Translations under genes and position numbers: made by a program
In this document: positions 25,763 through 38,710 of the stretch, one piece after another
How positions within the stretch are numbered: the first letter of the stretch is position 1
Layout: every line of letters starts with the position of its first letter
Assembly (NCBI RefSeq): GCF_001194135.2
Contig: NC_068983.1
Coordinates: 130,433,233-130,489,853 of the forward strand
Reading direction: 5' to 3'
DNA length: 56,621 nt
Source: Octopus bimaculoides
Taxonomy: Eukaryota
The notes under the pieces: generated by a model
Told to the model about the DNA's origin: nothing
The model's database searches: none
The model's input: the letters and a program-made list of their open reading frames with translations, nothing else

Positions 25763-27361
25763 GTGAGTGTCTGATACAATTTGAAATAAGGTCTTATTCC
25801 ACTCATTTCACATTTTGTATTTGTGGAAAACAGTTATGTCTGTTAGTCATTTTGTCGATACAATTACGATCTGCACCAACGCTGCTAAAATGATTCCCTT
25901 GAGATCTTACCTCTGTATTTCTCTTTTAAATAGAACCAGCTGTTCTTGTCATCTAAAATGGTCTTTCGATATTGTCAGTGTCAGAGCATTTCAAAATACT
26001 TGTCGCAGTTTAATGCATACTTCAAATTCGATATAATATAATATTAGGATATTTTTCAAGTTTTATTGTTGCTATGCACTCTGCTCCGCAGTTCTTGCTT
26101 TTGTTCTACTTAATTATTGCTTTATTATTATGTATCTTAACTTACTTTTAGTTACCAATGTGTAATATGTGATCATTATATATTGTTTTCAACAACGCGG
26201 ATTTGATTTTCCGTTCCGTATTCTATCTCCTGGAAATCTATCATACAAAACGGATATTTGTATATGTACAGGTGGTTAATCACCTGTAGGTTTATAATGG
26301 CGATTATTTATTGGTTTCATTATATTTACTCATTATATAGTATATATGTTAATTGATATTTCTAGCGAGATTACATGTTGTCATAATATAGTTTCTTTGC
26401 TAAGTACACCATCTATTGTACACTTTAATTTGATTTTTCAATTTATTGGCTATATCTTTGTAACTTCCGTCTTCTGTAAAGATATGTAGAGTTGATACAG
26501 CATATCTATTGTTATAGAGTAAGCTACCATTTTTATATGATTTGTTATTTTCAGTTTTACATTGTTGATAACGTCTTTTAATCTATGTTTTCTTTAGGAG
26601 AGTGTTTCTCTATCGAACATGCTTATCGACTAAGAAAATCAATGAAAGTGTTTATAAAAATTTTAGGAAGCTCGTGAAACGTGTATCACTGATTTGGTGT
26701 TCTTTATATACAACGGGATTTTGCCGAATTCCGTAAAAGTATTTGATATATTTAACATTCAAAAGAAATATAGAAAGCGGAATAGGTAATAATCTTTACT
26801 ACTAAACTGCTTTTATTTATCTGTAGCTGTAACACTAATACTACCATTGCTATTAAAACGTATATAATAACTATATTGTTATATTTGTTAATCATGTTAG
26901 TTGCGTAGGTTTTCCCATATAAACGCAACATTTTATCGCCTGTTTTTTTACAGCTGATATATCTTCGAATGTCAGCAAATATTCAGCCATTGTCTATTTT
27001 GCCGCACTTCACATGCCTGGCAAATGAAGTAAAATATTGATACTTTAGATGTATTAGTAAATAAAGATAATTTATGACTGCCTGAATATATGGTGAGACA
27101 TTCTTCAAATATTTGTATTGTCCATTTTGCCCTTTGTAATTATTTGTCTTAAAACATGTTGCTATTGTGTCCTCATTCTTACTACCATGTCCCAATAAGA
27201 TGCAACACCAGACAGTGTTTGGGCTATAGTTGAAATATTATGCATGCAGTATTTTTCAAAGAAAATATGAAAGATATTTGTTTTAAGTAAATATTTCCTA
27301 ACATCAAATCGAAGCGTTAATAACCGTATCAATTGGACACTTTAAAAATAATAGAAATTTT

Positions 27362-27362
27362 A

Positions 27363-27398
<36 letters not shown>

Positions 27399-27487
27399 GT
27401 GGTGGTGATGATGATGAAGAAGAAGAAGAAGAAGAAGAAGAAGAAGAAGAAGAAGAAGAAGAAGAAGAAGAAGAAGAAGAAGAAGAA
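27362..27487 (+). repeat. Compound microsatellite (ATG)n(GTG)3(ATG)n(AAG)n
   Basis: Directly visible. Confidence 0.95.
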
Positions 27488-27604
27488 AAGAAAATAATCT
27501 GGAAATAGAGGTAACTCGAAATTGGAGTCTAAAAAGAGAAGCAATTCGGCACACAGAGCTGCGCTAAGTAGTGTAGTGAAGGCATGTGATAAAAATAAGA
27601 CTAT

Positions 27605-28185
<581 letters not shown>

Positions 28186-28210
28186 ATTGACTTTCGTATA
28201 TTTTACTCTA

Positions 28211-28430
28211 GTGTAGGAGTGGCTTATGGTAAGAAGCTTGCTTTCCAACCACATGGTTCCGGGAATCAGTCCCACTGCGTGGCACCTTGGACAATTGTCT
28301 TCTACTATAGCCTCGGGCCGACCAAAGCCGTGTGAGTGGATTTGGTAGACTGAAACTGAAAGAAGTCCGTCTTATGAATGTATATGTATGTATCTATATA
28401 TGTGTGTGTATCTGTGTTTGTCTCCCATAG
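28211..28430 (+). mobile_element. CORE-type tRNA-derived SINE (octopus OR-like), 3'-truncated
   Basis: tRNA-like head (ggagtggct...gggaatcagtccc), CORE-like gtggcaccttggacaattgtcttctactatagcc, and an internal (TA/TG)n tract. Same family as 49779-50380. Confidence 0.85.
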
Positions 28431-28469
28431 ATAGCCACCCCCAAGTAAGGAAACCGTGTTAGTGCCACC

Positions 28470-29290
28470 TCGGAACAAGGGAGTATTTAAAGCAGAGAAA
28501 AAAATGGAAAAACAAGGAAAGGGCAAAAAGCACATGCAGAAGAATTACGCCAGAAGAAACAACACAATTTCATGCAGCCATATCAGAAGTTTCAGGAAAA
28601 ATAGGTAGGATTGGCTGATGAAAGGAACACAAAAATGCGACCGAGAGCACTATACTGGCAGTGCAAGACTAAGATTTGGATAGAAATTGGAGGGTGAACC
28701 TTTGGAATGAAAATATGTCTCCGCTATGCCGCATCTGCAATAGAGTGGTTGAAACCATTGTCCATATCACCAACGAATGCTCTAGACTTGCCCAAAAACC
28801 GCTACCAGTTCTTGCGACACGATCAAATGCGAAAGAGCTACACTGGGATCTGCGAAAAGTGGGGACTAGAAAGAAGCAAGACGTGGTATGAGCACAAACC
28901 CAAGTGAGTGGCTAAGTCGGAGACTAGCAAAATCCCAATGAAAACAGATCAGGTGCTATAGCATAACAGATTAGACATAGCGGTGGTGGACAATATGCAC
29001 GACATATGTTATGTAGTTGGTGTTGCATTACACTTTGACCCATGAATAGTCAAGAAGGAAAGCGTAAAGATAGATAAATACAACACTCGTAAGTACGACA
29101 TAGCCCTCTATGGAAAATGAAGAGGGTGAAGATAGCGTCAATTATTGTTGGGTACTCGGGCACAGTATCAGAAGGAATCAAGGAAAATATAATGGAAACT
29201 GGAATAGTGCCCAGTAGAACTTTTATTACAAAAGGTTTCCCTCATTGACAGGGCAATGATAATCAGGAAAGTATTAGATAGTTGACAAGA
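28470..29290 (+). mobile_element. RLE-type non-LTR retrotransposon (R4/Dong-like), 3' part
   Basis: DWLMKG..., TILAVQD, CCHC knuckle CRICNRVVETIVHITNEC, RHDQ, LERSKTWYEHKP, RLDIAVVD (degenerate PD motif), C-terminal IRKVLDS*. Followed by an (ATG)n/(TAA)n tail at ~29340-29390. Confidence 0.85.
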
Positions 29291-29429
29291 ATTAATAGCA
29301 TGGAGCTGCAATAGAAACTGTAATAAAGAGAGATAGTAAAATGATGATGATGATGATGGTAATAATAATAATGATAATAACAATAATAATAAAACATCAA
29401 GAGCAAAAACAACAATATTAGTAACACTC

Positions 29430-29612
29430 TTTTCTATTGAAGGCACACGACTTCAAATTTTGTGGAAGGGGTTGAGTCGGTTACATTGACCCCATTCTTC
29501 GACTGGTAATTAATTTATGGAACCTGAAAAGATGAAAGGCAAAATCGACGTCGCTAAGCATCTCACCCAGCTTCCTGATAATGCTGCTGTTGATGGTGAT
29601 GATAACAATAAC

Positions 29613-29666
<54 letters not shown>

Positions 29667-30535
29667 AAGAAAAACAAGAACAAGAAGAAAAAAAGTAGAA
29701 GATGATGATGATGATGATGATGAAGTCGAATATTCCTTGCCATTATAGTCATATGGCATCGATTATATCGATGCCAGATCTTATTTAACTGGTCCTTATT
29801 TCATCGACAACAGAAGATAAAATGTAAAGGTGACCTCGGCTGAATTTGAACTGAAATCGGGAGAACTCTAATCTGTGATATGCTTTCGATTCTCTCAGTT
29901 CAACACATTCATGGCTCAGATTTTTGGGACAAGGCCAAAATTTTCCGTGATGAGGGTCACTCGATTACATCGAAATCAGAACCTGGCTGAGAATTTACCC
30001 CCAGTAATGCCAAGAGATTGAAAAGGGGAAATGGCTTGGAAGGGATTCGAACACAGATCGTAATGTCAGGAAGAGTGTTTGTTAGCATTTCTTCTGTACG
30101 GTAAGTAATCTACTAGTCATTATTCTTATCTACTCTAAGTGCAAGGCCCGAACCTTTTTGGCGGGGACGGGCCCAGTCGATTAGATTAATCTTAGTACCC
30201 AACTAGCACTAAATTTATCGACCCCGAAAGGATGAAAGGCAAAGCTGACTTCGGTGGACTTTCAGCTCAGAACACAAAGACAGACGAAATATGGCTAAGC
30301 ACTTCGCCGAGCGTCCTAACGTTTCTTATTTCTTTATTGCACACAAGGCGCTAAACATAGAGGAGACAAACAAGGACAGACAATGGGATTAGGTCGATTA
30401 CATCGACCCCAGTGCGTAACTAGTACTCAATTTATCGACCCCGAAATGATGAAAGGCAAATTCGACCTCGGCGGAATTTGAACTCAGTAAATAACGGCAG
30501 ACGAAATACCGCCCGGTGTGCTAACGATTCTGCTA
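29430..30535 (-). mobile_element. Cluster of four or more MetaSINE-type SINE copies and fragments
   Basis: The motif tcgaccccgaaaggatgaaaggcaaagtcgacctcggcggaatttgaactcag (reverse complement of a Meta-domain-like core plus B-box gttcaaattcc) recurs at ~29510-29560, ~29800-29855, ~30217-30270 and ~30434-30487, all in the same orientation. Confidence 0.8.
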
Positions 30536-31394
30536 GTCGTTATTGTCATTCCTTTCAACTGTCTTGCCGAGGATATATGAGATTTACATTTATTACTTTA
30601 CTGATTATGTTGTATTTGTTGATATCTGAAATGAAACGCGTGGGAAAGACAGAGTACTGTGCAATATGTCCCTTAACGAAAAACTTGTACTGTAATCCAA
30701 ATTCTATGCACAATTAGACCTTTACGCAGGAAAGTAAATGTGATAACTATAAAACACATTCATGCGTACATATGTAACATTTACATAAATATTCTTGTGA
30801 GTGTGTGTGTGTATATGCATGCATACATGCACATATATAAATATATAAAAACACGCACATACACAAACAAGTACAGTCACACACATTGCATTACATTGTT
30901 GTATAGAAGACGTTGTGTATAGGTTGCAATGGAACAAGTAATGAATAAAAAGAATCAATACATAAATTTGGTGAATATGGTTTGTGTATATATCAATGTT
31001 TAGTTATTAAGCAAGTTTGTATGACAGGTGAAATCAAGAAAGATGCAAGAGAGGCACGGTTGCTATTCGTGAAATTGAACCGTTTGGAAAGCTGTCAAAA
31101 AGGTACTGAAATGGAAACTCTGATTCATGTATGAAGACAGCCCTTCAGTTGAACCAAACATCTTCGCTGTCATTTTATTAAAGATGATATTCGTGGGACG
31201 TGTTTGAATGTGTGTATGTTTATACGTTCGTGTGTTTGAATATATGCATACATATAGGCAAACATATACATACACATACACACAAACACATATATGTACA
31301 TACACACGCACACACTCATATATATATATATACACACAAACATGTATATTCATATATATATATACATATATACATAAATATATACATCTATACA

Positions 31395-31425
<31 letters not shown>

Positions 31426-33479
31426 NNNNNNNNNNNNNNNNNNNNNNNNNNNNNNNNNNNNNNNNNNNNNNNNNNNNNNNNNNNNNNNNNNNNNNNNNNN
31501 NNNNNNNNNNNNNNNNNNNNNNNNNNNNNNNNNNNNTATACATACATATTTTATTAAAGCTGAAAAATTTTCATAGAACCTGTTACTCAAAGATTCGCGT
31601 TTCTTTTCGTCAGACAGTTGTGATGAAACTCCAGTTAAAACTGTGATTGTGCATAGAATATAATACGATGTAATGGAGTTGAAATACTCCAATAAGCATT
31701 TAAGCTTCATTGAGAAATTGTTTTTCAAAATATAACGGTGTAATATTCGTTACGAGCTAGATGTTTGGAAGGGCTCGAAAATTACTAGTAAGATATATAT
31801 AAATATAAATATTATGATAAGATCGAAAAAAACCTTGCTTAGAGCGGGGAGAAATCCAGAAATTAATTAATGAACAATTGATTGATACTGCACAGTTTTC
31901 ACGAGATGGATGTGAAAAATGGCTTAAAAGAGATGTGATATTAAATGAACTAGAAAATTCAATAACAAATATGCAATTTACAAGTAAATATACATCGATA
32001 AAGACAATTAGAAACATATATGATTAAATACATACACGCAAGCATGGTACTATACCTACATACAAAGACCAAACCATGCAAGTATACATATGCATATCTA
32101 AACACGCAAACATACATATATTGTATGAAAACGCGTACACATGCGTCAGCTTTGTATATACACATGTATAAATGCATTTAGAAGAAAAAAGTAAAGAAAG
32201 GGAAAACTGAAAGGAGACAGGAAGGAAAAACAGTTCACGGGTAAACGTGGAGAATGAGAATAGACAGAGAAAGAAAGAAGAAAGGGACGAATTAAGAGGA
32301 AAGTAGGGAACATGTAGAGGGTTGGTTTTTCATGTAGACTGTTTTAACGGACCTGTAGCAAATTGATCTTTGATATTGCTGGAGGTAGAGAGGGAGAGAC
32401 ACAGTTAGTGAGCTGCCTGTACGTACAAATGCATATGAAACATACAGCTTTATGCATACACACTTGCATATATATATAACTCATATATGGGGACGCATGT
32501 ATAAATATATGTACACACGCACACATTAGAAACAAATAGAGAGCTATCTATACACGATCACAATACATATATACTTATGCTTATACGTACAAACATTTGG
32601 ATGTATATATAAATATATGCATATATATATATATATATATATATANNNNNNNNNNNNNNNNNNNNNNNNNNNNNNNNNNNNNNNNNNNNNNNNNNNNNNN
32701 NNNNNNNNNNNNNNNNNNNNNNNNNNNNNNNNNNNNNNNNNNNNNNNNNNNNNNNNNNNNNNNNNNNNNNNNNNNNNNNNNNNNNNNNNNNNNNNNNNNN
32801 NNNNNNNNNNNNNNNNNNNNNNNNNNNNNNNNNNNNNNNNNNNNNNNNNNNNNNNNNNNNNNNNNNNNNNNNNNNNNNNNNNNNNNNNNNNNNNNNNNNN
32901 NNNNNNNNNNNNNNATATATATATTTATATACTATACACAGAGACACTTACAATCATATGTACGTATGCAAACATACACGTATCTGAGAGGTATAGAAGC
33001 AGCCACCTCTACCTTCTCCAAGTAAGATTTGCGTATGTATGTATAAAAAATAATAAATGTAAAATGTACTAGTTTCAAAATTATGTATACTAGAATTTGC
33101 ATCACACACATACGTACGTGAATAAATTAAAATGAATTTGATTAAATTAAAATAGAACATTTTTTTTAATATGATATCATACAATGGGATGTGGCTCTTT
33201 GAAGGGAAAAACTACACCTAATTATTTCAGTACAAAACAGCCTTGTAAATGTCATCAGAAGAAAACTGAAGAACAAAATAATAATATCATTAGTGGAAAA
33301 ATGAATGAGGTTGAATAATGAACTTTTTGAATAAACCTATTGATATTAGTAAATAATTATAATATTTTGTAGTAAAATAACAGATAAGTAGTTCTTACAA
33401 TGCTCTCAATACATACAACGATAATACATTTGTCTCTGGATAATACATTTGTCTCCAAACATCAGATTGATAAAAGCAC

Positions 33480-33785
33480 CGACTTGCTACAGTGTTGGAT
33501 GTGCTTTGAGAAGAGAAAAATTATAAGCCATATTGTTAGTGAGTGCTGTAAGTTCGCATAACTCGAATACAAAAGGAGATACGACAATGTGGCCAGATAT
33601 GTCCACAGGCATATCTGGTTACAGGCATATCTGGTCATATATGCGGTAAAGCAAACCCCGAGAGATCCGAACTATGGTATGACCATAAGCCAGAGGGATT
33701 AATGGAAAACGAACATTACAAAATACTCTCGGATTTAACAAACAGTACGGCAAAAGTCATAGAGGTGAGACGGCTAGATATCGTG
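33480..33785 (+). mobile_element. RLE-type non-LTR fragment (zinc knuckle to PD motif)
   Basis: CWMCF...ISHIVSECCKFA.LEYKRRYDNVARYVH, ERSELWYDHKPEGLMENEHYKIL, KVIEVRRLDIV. Confidence 0.85.
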
Positions 33786-34190
33786 AACGTCCATAATGAC
33801 GTCTTCTGCAGGAATTATTATTGGGTGTTGAAAGAACTAATGAATCTCTCAAGGGTGGATGTGATAAATGTATTTTATAATGTTGACCACAGATTAATTA
33901 TATCATAGTCTGAAAAATAGCAGAGTGGTTACATAACTTAAAATACGGAAACCAGGCTATAGCAGTCAATGGCATCCTCTCCTAAGAGACAGTAATAGTG
34001 AGTGGAATTCCTCAGGGAACTGTCACAGGGGCGCTACTCTTTAATGCATACGTTCACAGGCGAATGGCTGGCTGGATTCTGAGAAATTTGAGACCAACAG
34101 ACCAGGAACTTATGTTGGTTCTATGGAGAAGAAACACAAAGCGTTGCTCCAGCATTGCCATAGGCTCTGGGCTAAAACGCATAAAGGAAT
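33786..34190 (+). mobile_element. CR1-clade LINE RT fragment with internal deletion
   Basis: VDVI...NVDH, SGIPQGTVTGALLFNAY, then an abrupt jump to RRMAGWILRNLRPTDQELMLVLW (~RRMAGWILRTF.TRD...ML.LW). Confidence 0.85.
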
Positions 34191-34205
34191 AGAAGAATGA
34201 GGATA

Positions 34206-34244
<39 letters not shown>

Positions 34245-34407
34245 TTAGGGATAAAATCCAAAATTACTGGTAAAAACTGAATTAAAATCAATTTATTAAA
34301 AATTGAAATTAAATTAAGTTTCACAGTATAAAATATATACAAATATACAGTATTAGGGAAAAGAACCAAAATTTATGAACTCATTCATGAAAATCCACTG
34401 TCACATA

Positions 34408-34566
34408 TAGGAAAACATTTATTATTAAAAGTACAATAAATAAGTATAATATAATACGAAGTAAATATCATAAGATTAAGATAATTAATATTATCTTAAT
34501 CTTATGATATTTACTTTGTATTATATTATACTTATTTATTGTACTTTTAATTATAATGTTTTTCTA
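34408..34566. repeat. 159-bp AT-rich near-perfect inverted repeat (foldback, MITE-like)
   Basis: Left arm taggaaaacatttattattaaaagtacaataaataagtataatataatacgaagtaaatatcataagattaagataat, loop taat, right arm its reverse complement with only a few mismatches. Starts and ends in TA. Confidence 0.9.
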
Positions 34567-35528
34567 CTTAAAGTTTGTAGGACATATTGTATACATATGG
34601 GCTATGCAAAGGAATAATAAAAAGACTTGAAAATTACATAAAATCATTAAATCAAAAGAAATTATAATGTGTAATGAGAGTCGGTAATCTAGCTTTAAAA
34701 AGAATATATTATATAAGATTAATGCCCTAGTGTAATACGTATTTTTTAAGATAGTTCGGTTAAGCGGGATATTTAATTTAAAGTGTGAAGTGAAGTTATG
34801 TTCTGTGGTAAGTGGAATGGTTAGGGGATGTATTCTCATTTCATTTTAAATGTGGTTAACCATTGATAAGCAAAACATTGTCAAATTAGATTGGTATGTT
34901 AATAAATCTGTCACAAAATATAAAAACGACTACCTATACATTTTTAGAAGCAGGTGCATTTTTAAATCCCAAAATAAATTCTCATACACAGATACGCACA
35001 TACACACTCACACACGCACACACACACACATATATATATATGTGTATATGTATATATATATGGATATATGTATCTGTATATATATATATGTGTAATATGT
35101 ATATATATATATATATATANNNNNNNNNNNNNNNNNNNNNNNNNNNNNNNNNNNNNNNNNNNNNNNNNNNNNNNNNNNNNNNNNNNNNNNNNNNNNNNNN
35201 NNNNNNNNNNNNNNNNNNNNNNNNNNNNNNNNNNNNNNNNNNNNNNNNNNNNNNNNNNNNNNNNNNNNNNNNNNNNNNNNNNNNNNNNNNNNNNNNNNNN
35301 NNNNNNNNNNNNNNNNNNNNNNNNNNNNNNNNNNNNNNNNNNNNNNNNNNNNNNNNNNNNNNNNNNNNNNNNNNNNNNNNNNNNNNNNNNNNNNNNNNNN
35401 NNNNNNNNNNNNNNNNNNNNNNNNNNNNNNNNNNNNNNNNNNNNNNNNNNNNNNNNNNNNNNNNNNNNNNNNNNNNNNNNNNNNNNNNNNNNNNNNNNNN
35501 NNNNNNNNNNNNNNNNNNNNNNNNNNNN

Positions 35529-35575
<47 letters not shown>

Positions 35576-37968
35576 CATGTCTGTAGTATATGAATGTATA
35601 TATAACTTCATATATATATATGTCTATACATACATATATAGTGTATATGTGCAAGGGATATAAGACGGATTTCCATAACAGCTACATAGTCTTTTGTGGG
35701 AAAGTTAACCATTTGCGATGTTTGGCAGTTCACGTTAAAGCAAGTGTTCAAATGCTTTTATCCGGCCGAACACTACTAAATGTATTGGTGTGTTATGTGG
35801 AGTTGTTATAAATGACCGTGTTACAGAAGAACATATTTAGTGGATTAATACTCGTCATTACATGTTAGTAGTTGATTTGTTCCTGGGGATCTATGTTAGC
35901 GAGGTTCGTTAAACCAGTACCACTAAGTATAGAAGAAATAGACAAGGAAACATATGCTAAATTAAAGGAATTGTTCGGGTTAAACATAGGAGTAAAGGTG
36001 GTATAAGATGCCTTACCTCCAGTTGTGGAGTATGACGATTTGGAAGCGTATATAAACTTGTAAAACATGTAAGTTTAATATTATAGAACAAAACAAAAAA
36101 AAACGTAAAAACAACACACATGCTACTACAGCAAAAGATATAAAATATCTGATAAAGAACAGTTAAATGTTACTGCTCGAGAGTGGGGTTCGAGTAGCCA
36201 TTACACCTTCATTTATTTATAATTAATTTTCATTCAATCTTTTTTCTTTTACGTCCCCACTTGTGTTCTCTGTCCTTGCATTGTCCCTTCTATATTGGGC
36301 CCCTAATGGCTAATAAATAAATAGTAGTTGATGGTGTTAGTTCAATTGTGTTGGTTAACCGTGCTAGTTCGAATTTTGTTTGTTTAACAGTCGGTAGTCC
36401 TACGGAGTGCTTTCTGCGTTAACATATTTCTGCACTAGGTCATTTTTTAGATAACCACAAACCAACTAATTATTTATTTCATGCCAGTTTACACACAAGA
36501 TGTGTATACCCACACCAAAGAAGTATCAGAATGGTGCAATCATGAAAACTCTTCACCACTCTTCCAAACCTCCATTTATGATTCACATTTCACGTTGGTT
36601 TAATGGATAGCAATAGCATCAGTTGAAATTATATATACTTTGATATTATTTAGAAAACTTTTTGGGCAGTTTTACTCTTATTAGTTGAGGGACGTATGTT
36701 TCATTATTGTTTTGTGGCTGACTCCCGTGAATCGCTAGGCATTAAACTGTCTCTCTAATTTTTACATAATGCCATAAAATGTCAAAGAAACAGGTTTGAT
36801 ATATATTCCTGACAAGTTCTGAATGATGGAACGTTTAGTTACGACTGTAATACATTTTGCCATACGTTTGCTAGATCAAAATTGACCTGAAGCTAAGTAG
36901 GAATATGAAAATTTCCAACGTAACAAATCTGGATATTTATAACTGCAACGCACTACTTTATAGATAATGTATATCAGCAATCTGTAAGCAATGAACCTAA
37001 CTTTTTTATTCTCATTTAATGTATCCATTTCTGAAATATGGCATTTTGCTCTTGTTCTGTCGGCGCTTAAGTCATGTAATATAGATTGATGATGTTTAAT
37101 GTACCATTTATGGGGATCAAGCAATTAATAAAACCGCGCTCAATAGCCATGACATGCTTTGTTGTTGTTTTATAGCCCGAGATTGATAAAATACAAGATC
37201 GTTTAGTTATTGTAGCTGATTAAAAGAGATTTTATCCTACCTAAAATATGTTTTCTTCTAAATTGAATAATAATGATGGTCATCAATATATAGAATTATA
37301 TAGCCGTTACATTTCTTTATTATACCCATTCTTTATTATAGCCATCTAATCGCTTTGTACGTCTGCTCATTTAAAAATATTCCTTCGGGGTTTGAGAGAG
37401 TTTTCTGACTGCTGTATATATAAAAATTCCAAAGACCATTTATAAGATGATATAGTAGCTAGAGTAAGAATGATGTTGTAGATGATACAGACGCTGATCT
37501 AAGAACTACGACTGTTGACGACACTGTATATGTTGTACAAGAATTTCTAATTTTTGAAACATCTATTTCATTTTTATTTTTCTTGTTTTGACCGAGAATA
37601 TTTTTTCTTGCTTTCAGATTGTTGCTGTTTGCTGTTAACAGTTTCAGTAATTCACTAAGAACTATTTTAAAATTTAAATATTTAAAACACATTAGAAGCA
37701 AAATGTATGAAACATTACATATTCAGACGTAGCATGTATTTCTTGCCTTAAAGAAGCAATATTTTACTATATTCATAAAATATTCTAAAGTAAATTTCTA
37801 AGATATATATCTTTCCGATTATTAGGTGATTAATAAAAGTTATTGCAACGAATTATCCCTTAAATAAGTGAACAGGCTTACATTCCCTTTAAATATCTGT
37901 TTAGAAATATTAGGATGACTAGTAGGAAAATTATTACTTTCTAATTGATTAATATTAAATGCTCAGTA

Positions 37969-38165
37969 TGTCGGCGAGCCAGTAGAATCGTTAGCACGAC
38001 GAACAAAAATACTTAGCTGTATTTTGTCTCTTTAACGCTTTGACTTCAAATTCTCCCGAGGGCAGCTTTGCCTGTCATCTCTTTCAGGGTCGATAAAGTA
38101 AGTACCAGCTGAACATTGGGGTAGATGTAATCGACTTAACCTCGCACTTGTTGACCCTATCCCAA
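37969..38165 (+). mobile_element. MetaSINE-type SINE, degenerate
   Basis: Head ggcgagccagtagaatcgttagcacg, B-box-like cttcaaattctccc, core gctttgcctgtcatctctttcagggtcgataaagtaagtaccag. Confidence 0.8.
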
Positions 38166-38611
38166 AATTTAAAACCATTATTATTGTAGACAGATTAAGT
38201 TTTACTTCCTATTGATCCACGACTGGTGGTATAGAAAGAACAGCCTTTTAAATCTTCAACAACTCCAATTTGAATGAAAGTCTTTTTTCTGGATTTGGCC
38301 GAGAATTGTGTCACTGCTTTGAGCAATAAGGTTCCAATAATTAACAGTATATGTCCAAGATGAATTATTTAATTTAACCTTCAATTTTATTTTTAGAAAT
38401 GCACGAAAGAAAAACAAATATTAGGCGTGGCACTATATAGAAATTAGGAACATTGGGATAGATAAATAAATACAATATATTTTTTATGCACCTTCGACTG
38501 ATCCTACTAACAAATCATCCCTCTAAATTTGATAGCAACTGTTTGAAACACATTTTTACTCATAACTTTGGCAGAATTATTGTTTAACAATATAACATTT
38601 TACAGTTTCAG

Positions 38612-38710
38612 AGAACCGACGAATTCAACCGTAAATATGGTTTAGTACAACCAGACACAAAAGGAATATCTGCTTTTAAATTGCTACCCGAGAATGTTTC
38701 ATTTTCGATG
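38612..38710 (+). CDS. Candidate internal coding exon (99 nt, phase 0-0), product unknown
   Basis: cattttacagtttcag|AGA...ATG|gtaagt. Only one frame is open: RTDEFNRKYGLVQPDTKGISAFKLLPENVSFSM. Confidence 0.4.
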
